Part shown: piece by piece, positions 55,288 through 64,000 of the stretch
How positions within the stretch are numbered: the stretch's first letter is position 1
Layout of the letters: each line of letters starts with the position of its first letter
Program-made: the position numbers and the translations under genes
From: Candidatus Aminicenantes bacterium
GTDB taxonomy: Bacteria; Acidobacteriota; Aminicenantia; Aminicenantales; UBA4085
Assembly (NCBI GenBank): GCA_963715635.1
Contig: OY970261.1
Location: 3,121,011-3,185,010 of the forward strand
Direction: 5' to 3'
DNA: 64,000 nucleotides
Notes under the pieces: generated by a model
Told to the model about the DNA's origin: nothing
The model's input: only the letters and a program-made list of their open reading frames with translations
The model's database searches: none

Positions 55288-56841
55288 ATGATGACCAAGC
55301 GTTCTGTGTTTTTCGGTTTGACCCTCGCCGCTCTCGTCCTCTTGGCCGTGGCCGCCCAGGACAAAGCCGATCTGAACATGGTGAACCGGATCAGGTACGA
55401 AGGCTTTAAGCATTCCCAAGTCTTGAAGCTCGCTGGCTATCTCTCGGAAGTCATCGGACCGCGGCCGACCGGCTCGCCTGAGATCGACCGGGCCAACCGG
55501 TGGGCCGCCGCCAAGCTCAAAGAGTGGGGCTTGCTCAACATCAACCTCGAGCCTTACGAGAACTTCGGAGTCGGCTGGGCCGTCCGCTATGTGTCCGCCC
55601 ACCTCCTCAAGCCGCATTACGCTCCGCTCATCGCCATATCAGTCGAATGGGGCTCCGGCACTAAAGGAAAAATCACGGGCCAGCCGGTCTATGTCGATAT
55701 TAAGTCCAAGCAGGACTTCGCGAAATACAGCGGCAAGCTCCGGGACAAAATCGTCCTATATGCGCCGCCGCGTCCCACCCCCACGCAATTCACGCCCGAT
55801 GCGCGGCGGCATGACGCCGAAAGCATAAGCCGGCTCTCCGAAACGCCCGTCCCGGATGAGGAAGGCCCCTATCAAGATTATGTCCGCGGCTTCCTGGACG
55901 ACCTAGAGGACTTTTTCCGCCAGGAAGGCGTCGGCGTTCTCGTCTCGCCGAGCGGGCCGCGAATGCGCGATTACGGGACCGTCGTGGTGACGGGCATCCG
56001 TTCCGCCCGCAACCCCGGCCGGCCCCATCCCCTGCCGGAGATCATCCTGGCCGCAGAGCACTATGACCGGATCCACCGGATCATGGTGGAATATGGCGAG
56101 CCCGTGACGATGGAGGTCGAAGTCCGCACCGAGTTCTTTGATAAGGACCTTCGCGGCTACAACGTCATCGGCGAGATCCCCGGCACGGACAAAAAAGACG
56201 AGATCGTCATGCTCGGCGGTCACATCGATTCCTGGAGCCCGGGAACGGGCGCCGCAGACAATGCCGCAGGCTGCGCCGTTTGCCTCGAAGCCGTTCGCAT
56301 CTTGCAGGCCCTCGGCGTCAAACCCCGCCGGACCATCCGCATTGCTTTGTGGAGCGCCGAGGAGAAGGGCTGGATCGGCTCGTGCGCTTATGTCGAGAAT
56401 CACTTCGGCGATGTCACGACCATGAAGCTCAAGCCCGAGCAGGCGAAAATCTCGGGCTACTTTAACTACGACAACGGCAGCGGCCGGATTCGCGGCATCT
56501 ACCTCCAGCACAATGTCGCCGTCGGTCCCATCTTTGAGGAGTGGATGAAGCCCTTCGGCGACCTGGGCATGACCCAGGTCGCGACTCGCGACACAGGCGG
56601 CTCCGACCACTGCGCCCTGGATTACATCGGCATCCCCAGCTTCCAGTTCATCCAGGACCCGCTCGACTACGGCACTCGCATCCACCACACCAACATGGAC
56701 GTTTTCGACCATCTCGTCGGCGAAGACCTTATGCAATCGGCCGTGATCATGGCCGCCTTCGTTTACAACACGGCTATGCGCGACGAGATGCTCCCCCGCA
56801 AGCCGCTCCCGGACCCTATGAAATACCCGCTGAGACGGTAG
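55288..56841 (+). CDS. M28-family metallopeptidase (aminopeptidase-like), secreted
   Basis: Signal peptide. Motifs HIDSW, GAADNAAGCAV, SAEEKGWIGS, GSDHCALDYIGIPS. Confidence 0.75.
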   Translation: MMTKRSVFFGLTLAALVLLAVAAQDKADLNMVNRIRYEGFKHSQVLKLAGYLSEVIGPRPTGSPEIDRANRWAAAKLKEWGLLNINLEPYENFGVGWAVRYVSAHLLKPHYAPLIAISVEWGSGTKGKITGQPVYVDIKSKQDFAKYSGKLRDKIVLYAPPRPTPTQFTPDARRHDAESISRLSETPVPDEEGPYQDYVRGFLDDLEDFFRQEGVGVLVSPSGPRMRDYGTVVVTGIRSARNPGRPHPLPEIILAAEHYDRIHRIMVEYGEPVTMEVEVRTEFFDKDLRGYNVIGEIPGTDKKDEIVMLGGHIDSWSPGTGAADNAAGCAVCLEAVRILQALGVKPRRTIRIALWSAEEKGWIGSCAYVENHFGDVTTMKLKPEQAKISGYFNYDNGSGRIRGIYLQHNVAVGPIFEEWMKPFGDLGMTQVATRDTGGSDHCALDYIGIPSFQFIQDPLDYGTRIHHTNMDVFDHLVGEDLMQSAVIMAAFVYNTAMRDEMLPRKPLPDPMKYPLRR

Positions 56842-57011
56842 GCGTTCTTATCCCACTTCAGCCTGGGCGGCCTCTAGGGCCGAATTAACAAAACCAGTTG
56901 TCAACGGCTATTCCGTTCGCCTCCGGGCCGGCCGCGGCCTCTGCTCCGTTTTTTCTGCATCCTGGAATCCAAGAAATTGCTTTCATTCTTGTCTAATTAT
57001 ATGGAGACAAT

Positions 57012-57803
57012 ATGAAAAGGATATTCTATCTTTTATTCTTCGTTTCGATCCTGCTGCTTGAGAGCTGCGGCACCGTGGAAATGGAAAGCCAATGGCGCGA
57101 CAGGGAAATCACCATCGACGGAAAAACCGGCGATTGGCAGGGCCAGCTCGTGCCCATAAAAGACAGTGGCCTTTCGTTTGGCCTGCTCAACGATGAAAAA
57201 AATATCTATATTTGCGTGTCGGCGGCGGAACGGCGCGTCGCCAGCCAGGTTTTCCGGCAGGGCCTTGTCGTCTGGTTCGACCCGCAAGGTGGAAAAGACA
57301 AGATATTGGGCATCCGTTATCCCCTGGGCATGGAATGGAGTGATTTCCAAGGCCCGCCGGGCGGAGAGGCCGGCGGTCAGGAAAATGCCAGGCGCGGCGT
57401 GCGCAGAAACCTCGACGAAATCGAGATCCTCGGACCCGGGAGAGATGAAAAAACACGGTTGCATCTCGACGAGCTAAAAGGCATTCAGGCCGCCGTCGCG
57501 ACCTCGGGCGGCGCGTTTATCTACGAGCTTAAAGTCCCCCTCATAAAAAGCGAGGAAACGCCGTCCGCCGCCGGGTCGGCGCCGGGAAAAATCGTGGGGA
57601 TCGGGTTCGATCGGCCGGAGCCCGACGTTTTCGTTGGGCGGGGCATGGGCGGCCGGATTCCCGGAGGTTTCGGCCCCGGCCTGCGAGGTGGATTTGGCGG
57701 GAGAGGCATGATGATTGGGACGGGCAGGGGCTTCAGGAACGAGGAGCCAATCAAGATCTGGCTGAAGGCCCATTTGGCCCAGGAGAACAAAAAGGCAAGC
57801 TAA
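57012..57803 (+). CDS. Hypothetical lipoprotein with Gly/Arg-rich C-terminus
   Basis: Lipobox LLESC. C-terminal GRGMGGRIPGGFGPGLRGGFGGRGMMIGTGRG. Confidence 0.45.
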   Translation: MKRIFYLLFFVSILLLESCGTVEMESQWRDREITIDGKTGDWQGQLVPIKDSGLSFGLLNDEKNIYICVSAAERRVASQVFRQGLVVWFDPQGGKDKILGIRYPLGMEWSDFQGPPGGEAGGQENARRGVRRNLDEIEILGPGRDEKTRLHLDELKGIQAAVATSGGAFIYELKVPLIKSEETPSAAGSAPGKIVGIGFDRPEPDVFVGRGMGGRIPGGFGPGLRGGFGGRGMMIGTGRGFRNEEPIKIWLKAHLAQENKKAS

Positions 57804-58034
57804 GCAAGGCGCTATTTCAGCCGGCGCTTATAAGACCTTAACATTGCCGGGTTGGCGCGGAACCAATCTACGATCAAATAAAAGCCTTGTTTGAATGTCG
57901 TTCGAGGCGGCCAGCGCCTGGGCCACAAAACCCTTTGTAGGAACAGAGCTCGACAAGCTATTGATCAAGCCTCAATCTTGTCCAAAAGACCCGAATTGTA
58001 TTAAGATTCCGGGAAGCCTTACTCAGTCTCGCTC

Positions 58035-58979
58035 ATGGAGGGAGGAGTACGATTGAAGAGAATCGCTTCCGACGCAGATTTTGAAACCCTACCGAGTTGC
58101 CCGGTCTGCCTAAGTCCGGACATCTCCTTCTTCCGAAAAAAAACCTTTGACGTTTTCAAGCTGGACAAAAGTCAGATCAAGATCACCGACAGCCAGTATG
58201 GGAAAATCTGGGACTTGAGCCGTTGTTCCGCTTGCGGCCATATTTTTGCGAACCCCTGCCCTTCGCCCGAATTGATCTTCTCCCTCTACAGCCAGATCGA
58301 AGATCCTCTCTACGAAGAAGAAGCTATGGGCCGCGCTAAAAATTTCCGGAGGATTATTTCCCATCTCGAAACATTCCACCCCGATAAGGGCCGCCTTTTT
58401 GACGTAGGCGCAGCCACCGGGATTCTTCTCCATTTGGCCAGGAGACGAGGATGGGAGGTCGATGGCATTGAAGCAAGCACCTGGGCTGTGAGGTTAGCTT
58501 CGGAGAAATACCAAATTCGCCTCCATCAGGGTTTTTTTGAGGAAGTCCGGCTCGAAAACAATTTTTTCTCGGCAGTGACGTTGGTCGATTTCATCGAGCA
58601 TACTCCCCTGCCTTTTGCGGCCCTTCGAAAGGCTCATGAAATTCTTAAGCCCGCAGGCATCGTTTGTCTGGTGACTCCCGATATTCACAGCCTGGCGGCC
58701 CGCCTGGCAGGAAAAAATTGGTGGCATTTTCGTCCAGCTCACCTCGCCTACTTTTCGCCGCAGAGCCTGGCTGCCCTTTTTAGACGAGCCGGGTTTTCTG
58801 TCATTCAGGTCCGGCGCTATTCCTGGACCTTTAGCGTCCATTACCTCCTTTCCCGGAAAAAGATTTTTCACAGTCTTCTCCAAAAGCCATCTTTCTCTTC
58901 TTTTTTGAAAAAAATTCCGATAAAATTAGCGCTCGGCGATTCGTTCGAGGTTTATGCCAGAAAGGAAGTCCAAGCGTGA
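58035..58979 (+). CDS. Class I SAM-dependent methyltransferase with N-terminal zinc-ribbon
   Basis: CPVCLS...CSACGH Cys4. DVGAATGILLHLARRRGWEVDGIE SAM fold. Confidence 0.65.
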   Translation: MEGGVRLKRIASDADFETLPSCPVCLSPDISFFRKKTFDVFKLDKSQIKITDSQYGKIWDLSRCSACGHIFANPCPSPELIFSLYSQIEDPLYEEEAMGRAKNFRRIISHLETFHPDKGRLFDVGAATGILLHLARRRGWEVDGIEASTWAVRLASEKYQIRLHQGFFEEVRLENNFFSAVTLVDFIEHTPLPFAALRKAHEILKPAGIVCLVTPDIHSLAARLAGKNWWHFRPAHLAYFSPQSLAALFRRAGFSVIQVRRYSWTFSVHYLLSRKKIFHSLLQKPSFSSFLKKIPIKLALGDSFEVYARKEVQA

Positions 58980-59869
58980 ATTCTTACCTGCAAGCCATGC
59001 GCCTGGAAAGGTGGCCTAGAAGTGCGGCCATTTTGTCGGGAACTGCTGCTTTTTTTTTCCTTAAACCGAACTACCTTTCGTCCTTCACTTGGCTCAGCTT
59101 TGCAGCCCGGCTGCTCCTGTCCTTTCTTCTGACTTGGGCGATTTCCATCGCCAACTACATCCTCAATGAAATCGTGGATGCCCCTTATGACATCCATCAC
59201 CCGACAAAGCGTTTCCGGCCTTTGGTCTCCGGAAAAATTAGGATCATCCCCTTTGCGGCATGGGGCGTTCTCTTCATCCTGGGAAGCCTTGGCGCAGCCT
59301 TGCTATTTTTTCCTAAGACGGCTTTTTTCTCTTTAGTCGCCCTGCTCCTTGCCGGTTTTATTTATAATGTCAAGCCCATCCGGACAAAAGACATTCCCTT
59401 CTTCGATGCGATTTCCGAGTCGGCCAACAACCCCATCCGTCTCCTGATCGGCTGGTATGCTTTTTCGCCGCCGGAAATTTTCCCTCCCTTGAGTCTGCTC
59501 ATCGCCTGGTGGGCCTTCGGAAATTTTTTAATGTTGGGCAAGCGGCTCTCCGAATTCCGGTTTTTGAAAGAAAAAGCCGCTGATTACAGGATTTCTCACA
59601 AGAAATACTCCGAAGGATCGCTGCTCGCGGGAATGGCCGTGAGCACTCTGATCTTTTTTATCGCCTATTTCGTCTTTGCCCTGTCCATCAAATTCATCCT
59701 CTTCCTCGGACTTTCTCCCTTTTTAGCGTTCTACTTTTTTCTTTTGTTTAAGAAGACATTAGAAGAAAAAGAAGTCATGGAGGAGCCGGAAAGCCTTCTT
59801 CAAAGGCCTCTTTTTGCCGTCTACACCTTGCTTCTACTCATTCTCTTCCTGCTCACCTTTTTCCTTTAA
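58976..59869 (+). CDS. UbiA-family prenyltransferase, decaprenyl-phosphate phosphoribosyltransferase (DPPR)-like
   Basis: NYILNEIVDAPYDIHHPTKRFRPLVSGKI (NxxxDxxxD plus KRxRPLxSG), 7-8 TM segments. GTG start overlaps the stop of the methyltransferase gene. Confidence 0.55.
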   Translation: MNSYLQAMRLERWPRSAAILSGTAAFFFLKPNYLSSFTWLSFAARLLLSFLLTWAISIANYILNEIVDAPYDIHHPTKRFRPLVSGKIRIIPFAAWGVLFILGSLGAALLFFPKTAFFSLVALLLAGFIYNVKPIRTKDIPFFDAISESANNPIRLLIGWYAFSPPEIFPPLSLLIAWWAFGNFLMLGKRLSEFRFLKEKAADYRISHKKYSEGSLLAGMAVSTLIFFIAYFVFALSIKFILFLGLSPFLAFYFFLLFKKTLEEKEVMEEPESLLQRPLFAVYTLLLLILFLLTFFL

Positions 59870-59971
59870 TCGAATATTAGCGCATTAAATAGGGAAACGG
59901 CCTGGCTGGACAGCCCATGTTTTAGGATTGACGCGCATGAGCCTGACTGGATCGACAGGCTTATCTCTGCT

Positions 59972-62371
59972 TCAATCTTTGAGCGGAATCACCTGGAAGA
60001 AATAGGGCTCAATGAGCATCGGTTCTGGGGAGTGGTGTTTGAGAGTCAGGTTAACTTCATAGAGAAATAGGGTTTTGAGAGGGTAGCAAGCAGCAGGCTG
60101 GACGGTCATCTCTTTCGTTTCGTAAGCCGTCCGCCCCGAGAAAAGGGGCAGGTCAAAAAGATGCATGTCGAGGTCGTACTCCCCTTTTTGCGATCCAAAG
60201 AGCAGCTTGATTTTTTTGAGTTTGGATTTGGAGCCGAAAAGAAATTTGTAGGATTTCTCGAAATGAAGGTAAAAATCACCGCTTTCTTTGGCAACGACTC
60301 CTCTCCCCATCGGATAAAGGTAAAAGCCAAGCGATCGCTGCGGCGAATAAAAGATAGTCTTGGCCGGATAGGCAACGGTCCGTGGGTAGAGAACCCAAAG
60401 GAAAAAGCTTCCCAGGAGAATGACGAAGACCAGGAGGAAGTGAAAAGCCGGCCTTAAAGAAATATCGCTCTTCCAGAAAACATAAATCAGGACGAATCCG
60501 ATGAGGAGTAAAAGCCAGACATAGTTGGGCCAGTATTCGATATTCCTGATTTTAATGAAGGAAGGGAGAAAAGGGGGCAGGAAAAGGCGAAGGTTGCTGA
60601 GATGGACAAAGAGGTCGCCAGGCCGGGAAGTAAATTCATGAGTTGTCGGCTGATAGAGAAAAGAGGGATGGCGGAGAAGCAAAACAGAAATCACAAGGCT
60701 GAGACAGCCCATGAATTGGAAGAGAAAGGTAAATATTTTCTTCGAGTTATAGATCATAAAGGTTCCGATGGCGATCGCTCCCACCCAGGATATTGGCATC
60801 AGCACTCGAGCCTGGGGACAATAGCCTTGTCGGTGAGTAAAGAACGCATAGTTAAGGAGGAAGGGAAGGCTGATGAACAGTAAAGCCCAGAAGTCACGTC
60901 TGGCTCGGCGGAACATTTCGACAAGGCCCACAAGGGTAAAGAAATAAAAAGGAGAATAGAGAAGAAGCCCATCTCTCTGGTCGAGAAAATAATCCAAAAA
61001 TGCGTCGATGCGCTCGACGAGGGGGATTTGGAGAACCGCCTGCGTTAAGGCCTGCATCCGATCCGACGTCATCACGCCCTCATAGACGGAGAAGGGCGAC
61101 AAGGTGCCATAAAGATCATAAACAAAGGAATAAAAGAGAACCATGGAGACGACCGGGACAAAGAGAAAAGCAAGGATGGAGGCGGCTTGCCGCACTTTAT
61201 GAACGTGCCACAGATAATAAACGGAGACAAGAAGAAGAGCCCAGAAGATGAAATTGTATTTAAGGCCGAGCCAAGGAAAAGTCCCAAGGCAAAAGCCTAG
61301 CAGAAGCAAGCCGGTGCGGGAGAGGGGTGATCCTGAGGATATCTTGCGGAAGATCAACAAGGAGAAAAATGCGATGACAATTTCAGGGTAGAGGTGGGTG
61401 GCATAGAAAAAAACGGGTGTCGTGAAAGAATACAGGAACCAGAGAAGAAGCGAAAGGCGCTCCCGTTTCCATCGCTCAAGGGCAAAAAGGTATAACTGGA
61501 GGCCGAGGAGCGCCGCCCAGAGTGTGAGACTGCCCTTGAGTATAAATGTCAGCATTTTTCCGCTGAAGGACTGGCTGAGCCAGTAAAATGGAAGCATTAA
61601 CACCGAAATTCCCGGAAGGTTGATAGGGTAGATGTAGTCTTTCCCTTTGCGGCCGTAGCGACCGTAGATTCCCATTTTTAGCCGGGGATTGTTTTTTCTC
61701 GAATAGAAGGCAAAGTAGTCTTGATTCTTGTAATTATTGGCCAGGTTGATGTCGCCATCTTTGAGCAAGCTGTGAGAAGTTAATAGATAGTTGGGTTCAT
61801 CTCCGGAAAACGTAATCCCCTCCGAAACCAGGATAAAGGTGGCTCCTTGGTAGATGAACAAGGATACGAGGAAAAGAATCAGAAGCTTTTTTCGGAGAGT
61901 CAGCAAAGAAAATTTCTGGACTCCTTTTTCAATAAGTGAAGGCACCCTGCTTGAAATCCGGTTGAGTCTTGCGACAACGAGGTAAAGAATGGCAAGGAGT
62001 ATGAACAAGGCGAGAAGATTCAAGCGTGTCTTTAAATCGGATCGGGTCATGTAGTGGGCAAGGAGAAGAGGGCTGAGAAAGAAAAAGCAGAGCGGGAGCA
62101 TGGCGCACATGGGGGAACATGTTTCTAATTGATGAATCCGAAACGTCTCCCCTAATTTCCCGTCCCGCGCTTTAACCCAAATTTTCCAAGCCAGGAAAAG
62201 CAGGATAAAAAACATGACTGTACTCAAGAAAAAAGAGAGAATCTTGAGCTTATAGGAATGCTCGATGATTGTGAATGCGGAGCTTTGAAGGTAGATTTGC
62301 ACGAAGAGCGAAAGTCCGAGGGAAAAGAAGGCCAAGAGGGCGATGACAAGCCCGGCCATCTGCTTTTTCAT
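59972..62371 (-). CDS. GT-C fold glycosyltransferase (GT39/GT83 ArnT/PMT-like), polytopic membrane protein
   Basis: 799 aa, about 14+ TM segments. First-loop GDEPNY motif. Lower GC than neighbours. Confidence 0.45.
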   Translation of the reverse strand: MKKQMAGLVIALLAFFSLGLSLFVQIYLQSSAFTIIEHSYKLKILSFFLSTVMFFILLFLAWKIWVKARDGKLGETFRIHQLETCSPMCAMLPLCFFFLSPLLLAHYMTRSDLKTRLNLLALFILLAILYLVVARLNRISSRVPSLIEKGVQKFSLLTLRKKLLILFLVSLFIYQGATFILVSEGITFSGDEPNYLLTSHSLLKDGDINLANNYKNQDYFAFYSRKNNPRLKMGIYGRYGRKGKDYIYPINLPGISVLMLPFYWLSQSFSGKMLTFILKGSLTLWAALLGLQLYLFALERWKRERLSLLLWFLYSFTTPVFFYATHLYPEIVIAFFSLLIFRKISSGSPLSRTGLLLLGFCLGTFPWLGLKYNFIFWALLLVSVYYLWHVHKVRQAASILAFLFVPVVSMVLFYSFVYDLYGTLSPFSVYEGVMTSDRMQALTQAVLQIPLVERIDAFLDYFLDQRDGLLLYSPFYFFTLVGLVEMFRRARRDFWALLFISLPFLLNYAFFTHRQGYCPQARVLMPISWVGAIAIGTFMIYNSKKIFTFLFQFMGCLSLVISVLLLRHPSFLYQPTTHEFTSRPGDLFVHLSNLRLFLPPFLPSFIKIRNIEYWPNYVWLLLLIGFVLIYVFWKSDISLRPAFHFLLVFVILLGSFFLWVLYPRTVAYPAKTIFYSPQRSLGFYLYPMGRGVVAKESGDFYLHFEKSYKFLFGSKSKLKKIKLLFGSQKGEYDLDMHLFDLPLFSGRTAYETKEMTVQPAACYPLKTLFLYEVNLTLKHHSPEPMLIEPYFFQVIPLKD

Positions 62372-62449
62372 CGTCTTGAGTTTTAGTCAAATTAGAGGGG
62401 GATGTCAAGCCGCTCCGGTCAATGAGAAATTGAAGAAATCCCGTTTACA

Positions 62450-63376
62450 TCACTTGAACCAGTCATCATATCCGAAGGGTTTCAAATAGGGCCCGGCGAG
62501 GCTGCGAACAAGGCGACGCTCCTCCGGACTCAGTTCTTGAGCGGTGGCGTGATTGGCCTCGGTCGTTGCCCGGCGGATCGTCCCCCAAGGAAAGACTTCT
62601 TCGAGCTCGATGCCGTTCCAGGTCGGCATGCGGAGCGTGGCCGCGGTTTCCAGGCCCAGCTTTTCACACACCGCGCCCAGAGTCTCGAACGGATCGGCCA
62701 TGACGTCCTCGGCCCGGACGATGTGGACCCGCTCCGGGTATTTCTCCTTGAACAGCTGGGCGTGATACTGGCTCACCGTCCAGCCGAGCATATAATCTTG
62801 GAGAGAGGGCGGTATGGGACGCTTCTTTGTGTCGGCGTAGGCCGACCAGGGATTGCGCACAATATGCAGCACGTGGGCCAGGGAAAAATCCGTCAAGATT
62901 TTTTCCGTGTCGACGACGACGATGGGGCTGTAGCCGACATAAACGACCTGCCGGCCCGTCCGCTTGTAGTCTTTCCAGGCGTCAAAGGTGGCGCGGAAGA
63001 ACGCGCCCACATTGTTCGCCCGCGACCGTCCGGTCTGGGCCACGTAGCGCAGATAGATGGCGCAGCGCTCGTCGTCTGAAAAATCGAACCGGGCATCGCG
63101 GAATTTGCTGATGTGCGGCGTGCGCGCCCTGACCTTGCATTCTTGGTCAATGATGGCTTTGTAATCCTGTTCGGGCGTGGCATCCAGGCCAAATACCGGC
63201 CAGCGGTACTTGGCCGGGAACATGGACGTCAGCGCATCGGCCACCAGATGCGTGCCGAGCTGGGACTCAAACGGATAGACGAACATCTGGGGATGCCCGT
63301 CCAGAAAACGGTGGGTCGTGTTGCCGCCATTTTCAAACATTGCACTCAACATGAGCAGCCGCAAGTCGTTACCCAT
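62450..63376 (-). CDS. Sulfotransferase-family protein
   Basis: RLLMLSAMFENGGNTTH (5-prime-PSB-like) and IVRNPWSAYAD (3-prime-PB-like). Start ATG 63376 after AGGAAGG. Confidence 0.45.
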   Translation of the reverse strand: MGNDLRLLMLSAMFENGGNTTHRFLDGHPQMFVYPFESQLGTHLVADALTSMFPAKYRWPVFGLDATPEQDYKAIIDQECKVRARTPHISKFRDARFDFSDDERCAIYLRYVAQTGRSRANNVGAFFRATFDAWKDYKRTGRQVVYVGYSPIVVVDTEKILTDFSLAHVLHIVRNPWSAYADTKKRPIPPSLQDYMLGWTVSQYHAQLFKEKYPERVHIVRAEDVMADPFETLGAVCEKLGLETAATLRMPTWNGIELEEVFPWGTIRRATTEANHATAQELSPEERRLVRSLAGPYLKPFGYDDWFK

Positions 63377-63814
63377 TTTTTTCCTTCCTCGCCTCAAAGG
63401 CATAAAGGAATTTCTTCTCGCGGGCCGAAGCGTGCCGCCTACGCGGCGCCCGCGCCGACGGAGCCCCGGTGTGTCTGATAGGATTGATCGAGAATGATCG
63501 GCCCGGACGGACGAGGCAAGATCGATATTCCCACGTTCCTAATCCGGTGATGGTTCTTGCCATTCGTGATTCAAACTGGCTAAAAATTTTATCACATCCC
63601 GCAACATAAGTGAAATAATCGCAGTTGGACAAAAGGTGGTGAATATCGGAGATCCAATTTCCAGCTTCCATTCCCCTTTTAAGGTCCGCAGCCGTTAGAA
63701 TGCAAAAAATCTGCTTATTCTATTTAATTTGTCTGGAAAATATTATAATCATTTCCAAAATAATGACAAATCGCTTTTTCCGAAGGCTGCGCGAATTTGG
63801 CAGAGGAGGATTCC

Positions 63815-64000
63815 ATGGGAAAAGAAACATTCAAAGTCTATAGCTATCGTTGGCTGGTCCTGCTGGCCTTTGTCCCGATTGCCTGCATGACCCAGGTGTT
63901 CTGGATCACGTTCGCCCCGATCACAAGCGCCGCGGCCGAGTTCTATCACAAGTCCGACCTAATGATCGGCCTGCTGTCCATGAGCTTCATGGTCGTCTAT
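63815..64000 (+). CDS. MFS-type transporter, N-terminal part (runs off the window)
   Basis: MGKETFKVYSYRWLVLLAFVPIACMTQVFWITFAPI..., hydrophobic, partial. Confidence 0.4.
   Translation, partial: MGKETFKVYSYRWLVLLAFVPIACMTQVFWITFAPITSAAAEFYHKSDLMIGLLSMSFMVVY

Noticed and set aside
55903-56736. 277-aa minus-strand ORF
   Set aside because: Antisense to the M28 peptidase gene, which carries the conserved metal-binding motifs.

Overview
This 64-kb window looks like a contig from an uncultured, fairly GC-rich bacterium. Its composition is mosaic, with AT-rich islands at about 1-1100, 5950-6100, 9540-9900, 21390-22450, 54360-54800 and 59900-62400. I see no rRNA genes or CRISPR arrays. I did not find a tRNA by eye, but I cannot exclude one without a tRNA scan.

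I can support about 50 protein-coding genes.

**Envelope and secreted functions.** These dominate: two adjacent signal-peptide ankyrin-repeat fusion proteins, a CPBP protease, a FISUMP-domain protein, an S8 peptidase, an HtrA-like protease, an outer-membrane beta-barrel, a SurA/PrsA-like PPIase, a VKOR-DsbA fusion, an MgtC protein, and two BNR/sialidase-like proteins. One of those is a 2086-aa surface giant carrying about 18 tandem NPNIV pentapeptide repeats and C-terminal NHL repeats.

**Housekeeping.** HrpA helicase, PyrB, an M28 peptidase and a Ser/Thr kinase with TPR repeats.

**Mobile DNA.** This is abundant and mostly decayed:
- A compact IS200/IS605-like element with identical 20-nt hairpins, sitting next to an internally deleted duplicate of a nearby gene.
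- Two IS91-family transposase remnants in opposite orientation.
- An N-truncated IS91 transposase abutting IS110 and DUF3795 gene fragments.
- An intact-looking IS1380-like insertion with terminal inverted repeats and a 4-bp CTGA target-site duplication.

**A large direct repeat.** The last 64 bp of a radical SAM gene are perfectly duplicated 2.5 kb away. The two copies bracket a segment carrying pyrB and an AT-rich secreted-protein gene.

**Three apparent frameshifts:** in a secreted NTF2-like gene, in an SDR gene, and in the long sialidase/glycosidase-like gene.

**Candidate undescribed modules** (scored under findings):
1. A B12-binding radical SAM enzyme co-transcribed with a double-HTH MerR regulator, next to a VKOR-DsbA fusion, a secreted methyltransferase and a small TIGR04076-like protein.
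2. A serine-palmitoyltransferase-like alpha-oxoamine synthase followed by a receiver(REC)-TonB C-terminal-domain fusion protein.
3. The kinase, STAS and giant NPNIV/NHL surface protein neighbourhood.
4. A polyprenyl-phosphate-sugar type module: a methyltransferase, a DPPR-like UbiA prenyltransferase, a GT-C glycosyltransferase and a sulfotransferase.
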